A stretch of DNA of 63,050 nucleotides, the filler included, from Reclinomonas americana ATCC 50394 (Eukaryota): assembly GCA_048213135.1 (NCBI GenBank). It is 19 parts of 19 records of this genome, joined end to end, with 100 filler letters (N's around TTAATTAATTAA, not from the genome) between each part and the next. Parts side by side here need not be neighbours in the genome. Positions count along the whole stretch, not along the records: positions 57,977 to 60,757 come from AFZH01017623.1; positions 60,858 to 63,050 come from AFZH01017625.1; 17 more parts are not named here. One strand, given 5' to 3'. The notes below the pieces were generated by a model. The model worked only from the letters and a program-made list of their open reading frames with translations, did not search any database and was not told the origin of the DNA. A program made the position numbers and the translations under genes. How positions within the stretch are numbered: the first letter of the stretch is position 1; the number at the start of each line of letters is the position of its first letter. Positions 60,353 to 63,050 of this stretch are shown piece by piece.

Positions 60353-62398
60353 GTGAGTCGATGGGGAATGTGAAGGGGAAAGAGTGATTCAAAGGCTTGA
60401 TTAAGAAGGACAGATTGAGAAGGGCAGATTGGAAAGAGTGTTATGGGAAGAGTTGACAAGGGGCTATGGGGAAGGTATTATAGGTGGGGAACGGGTGAGT
60501 GGGAGGGATGACCAGGAAGCGTTAACGGCAAAGAGACGATTGATGATTGTAGCGGATGCTGGGGAAGGGTTGATATAGAAGGGTTGACAGGATGAGGTGA
60601 TTGGAAAGCGATAACTGGGAGATGAGAGGTGAAGGGTTTGCGGGAAACGGATGATAGATAAGGGATTATCTCTCTGTGTTTTTATGTCTCTCTCTCTCTC
60701 TTTGTCTCGCTCTCTCTCTCTCTCTCTCTGTGTCGCGCACTTCTCTCTCTCTTCTCTNNNNNNNNNNNNNNNNNNNNNNNNNNNNNNNNNNNNNNNNNNN
60801 NTTAATTAATTAANNNNNNNNNNNNNNNNNNNNNNNNNNNNNNNNNNNNNNNNNNNNGGAGAGGAGAGGAGAGGAGTCTATTGGAGTTTCAGAAGCGACT
60901 GTGAAGACTGGCAGAGGTGGGGGAGTGGTGTTGGTGCGAAGCAAGTGTGTTCTACGATTCATTCACCGTCATGGCCTCGTTGCTCATACTCTCTGACCGT
61001 TGCAGAGCCCACTCCGCGCCCAAGATCTCGAGCACGGAGATAAGAAGGTGCATTCCAGCTTCACTGCGTCGGTATAATATATGAGTCGCTCACCCCACAT
61101 CCGGGAAATGCAGACGACTGGTGGAAAAGGCGGCGGCGCGAGCGCAAGCTGCTGCAGCTGCTGCGGCTGGGGACGACTGACGCGGATGTTTGGGGGACAG
61201 CACGATGTATTTATTTGGATTGAGATTGAATTGCGGGGGTTTTGACAGCACAGGTCTCACTCCCGCAGCAGTGATCGCACTTCCTCTCTGCGAGGAGGGA
61301 GGGGAGTAGGGGGGAGGGAAATGGAAGTGAGTGACAGAGAATGAGACGAGAGAGTAAGGAAATCTGCGCTCGTATTCTGTTCATCCCTCTCGCTCTTCTT
61401 TTCGCTTTTCTCGGCAGGCACCCGTTTCACTCTCTTGCACACCTCGTCCCTGTATCGCTTCTCCTGTCGTTCAATGCGGGTAGAGTGACTTTTGGCGTCA
61501 CCAACAGAAGAGGATGCAACTGCTTTCTCTTTCTCTTACTCTCTCTCTCCTCCGCACTCTTCTCTCATTTGTATCTCTCTCGTCCCCCACGTCTCCCTCT
61601 TACTTTTTGTTTCCCCCTACTCAGTCTCACTCACTCTCTTGCTCTCCATCGTCACCTTCGCAGGCTTTCCTCTTCTCCTTTCCGTCTTCTCTCTCTCTCT
61701 CTCTCCCCTTTCCCCTCCACCCCTTTCCCTCATTCCTTCCCCCCAATACGCAACGACGCCAACTCCCAATCAATATCCCTCTTTCCCGTGAGCAGCGACA
61801 GCAAGTGCGCGGCCAGTGGCGTCACTCTCTTCTCACTCTCTTCCTCGCCATCACATGCATGCATTCTCATCAATGCAGACACCATAAACATATCGTCGTG
61901 CGTGGCCAGCGGAGAGCAAGGCGACGACGACGACGACGATGGCAACGTGCACTCATCCTCTGCACCACAGCTCCACTCATAGTACGAGTCATTACACTGT
62001 GTGTGTGAGAGAGAGTGTGTAAGAGAGTGTGAGTTTTTCCGGTCGACTTGGCACACAACAAACGTAACTGCCCAGTCCCACTCGTCTCCGAGAGTGGGCG
62101 AGTCGACTGCGAGAGGCGATGTCATGTGTGCAAGTGTGGGAGGTGTGCGTGTGTGATGAAAGTGAAAGGGGGGGTTTTCCGTGATTGATTCCGCGAACGC
62201 GAGCGCCGTGGTGATTTGTCACTGTCCATTGCAAACCCATCGCACGCACTTGCACGCCGAGGTCGTGTGAGAGTGTGTGCGGGTAACTGTTGGTTTCCCT
62301 GCCGACTCGTGATCACGAAAGCATGAGGTGTGCAATCCTCTTTGGCGCAAGAATGCTTGAGAAATGTCTCTAAAAGTGTCTCTGGTGTGCATGTGCAG

Positions 62399-63000
62399 TG
62401 CTGCTCGGAAGCAGACGCAGAGGAAAAGAGCGTGGGAGATGGGGAGGGATGGCGATGTGAAGGCACTGCGCGAGTTGGTTGCGCGTGAGGGCGCTCACAC
62501 GCTGTTGAAGAACGTGGAGGTGAACGAGGATGGCAGATCGGCATTTTACATGGCCGCTGCGAGAGGCCAACTGCCTGTGTTGGAGTATTTGTGGGAGGAG
62601 AGCGGAGTCGGGCCACAAATCGCACATGTGTGCAGCTGCGTGGGTGAGACGCCACTGATGATTGCTGCCACCAACAAGCATCTGCCTGTGGTGGAGTGGT
62701 TGCTTGCCGATGAGCGACGATGCCCGCCGGAGATGGTGCGGGCGGGCACCAATGACGGTGCCAGCAATCCGCAATCCACGGTACTGCATTATGCTGCCTT
62801 GCGTGGTCACGAAGCCGTTGTTCGACTCCTCGCCACTCGCATTCCCGACCTCATTCCCATGGTCAACCATAAGGGCAGGACTGCGGCTGAGGTGGCACGC
62901 GAGAATGGCAGGCAGCACGTGGCCGAGTTACTCGACGGCCTTGCTGCACTGCCAGCACCGGTACAACCACCGCCGCCGCCAGCGCCAGCAGCAGGAGCAG
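62399..63000 (+). CDS. Ankyrin-repeat protein exon (partial; not in the supplied ORF track)
   Basis: DGRSAFYMAAARGQLPVLEYL, GETPLMIAATNKHLPVVEWLL, STVLHYAALRGHEAVVRLL, KGRTAAEVARENG. Bounded by a CAG acceptor and a GTGCGG donor. Confidence 0.88.
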
Positions 63001-63050
63001 GTGCGGTCTCGTCGCTTTTGTGTGTGTGTGTGTCTCCCTCTCTCTCTCTC

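Noticed and set aside
4910..60857. Recurrent TTAATTAATTAA flanked by Ns as a biological repeat
   Set aside because: It is an identical 100-bp artificial linker with stops in all frames. ORFs ending in X…LIN/N are artefacts.
1..63050. Alternative genetic code
   Set aside because: Conserved genes translate normally once introns are removed, and TAA, TAG and TGA are all used as stops.

Overview
Scaffolded, intron-rich genome of a unicellular eukaryote with (GA)n/(CA)n-rich introns. It contains 18 artificial 100-bp gap linkers (N-TTAATTAATTAA-N). Several genes and one pair of transposon ends span these gaps in the correct order, so the contig order looks real. Housekeeping genes reconstructed by hand from exons: a coiled-coil protein, WIPI3/4-type ATG18, nocturnin, guanylate kinase, type I L-asparaginase, ADP-ribosylglycohydrolase, an omega-like GST, a probable MED1, a clear Groucho/TLE-type WD40 and an ankyrin protein. 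The best candidate for an undescribed system is a tandem array of four paralogous 7-blade WD40 genes (5.7-10.6 kb). Their blades are intronless 126-bp units with hypervariable positions and mosaic similarity, and three copies carry a conserved SOCS-box-like helical tail, suggesting diversifying immune-like or ubiquitin-ligase substrate receptors. Other accessory content: a WD40 protein whose spliced C-terminus is HDEL; a Crinkler-like REase+kinase gene; a decayed DUF6570 Helitron with an RPA-like fragment; and a CACTA/CMC transposon of about 9.2 kb with both ends (16-bp TIR, AAT target duplication), a C2H2-finger transposase and a divergent second gene. All family calls come from motif recognition and were not checked by database search.
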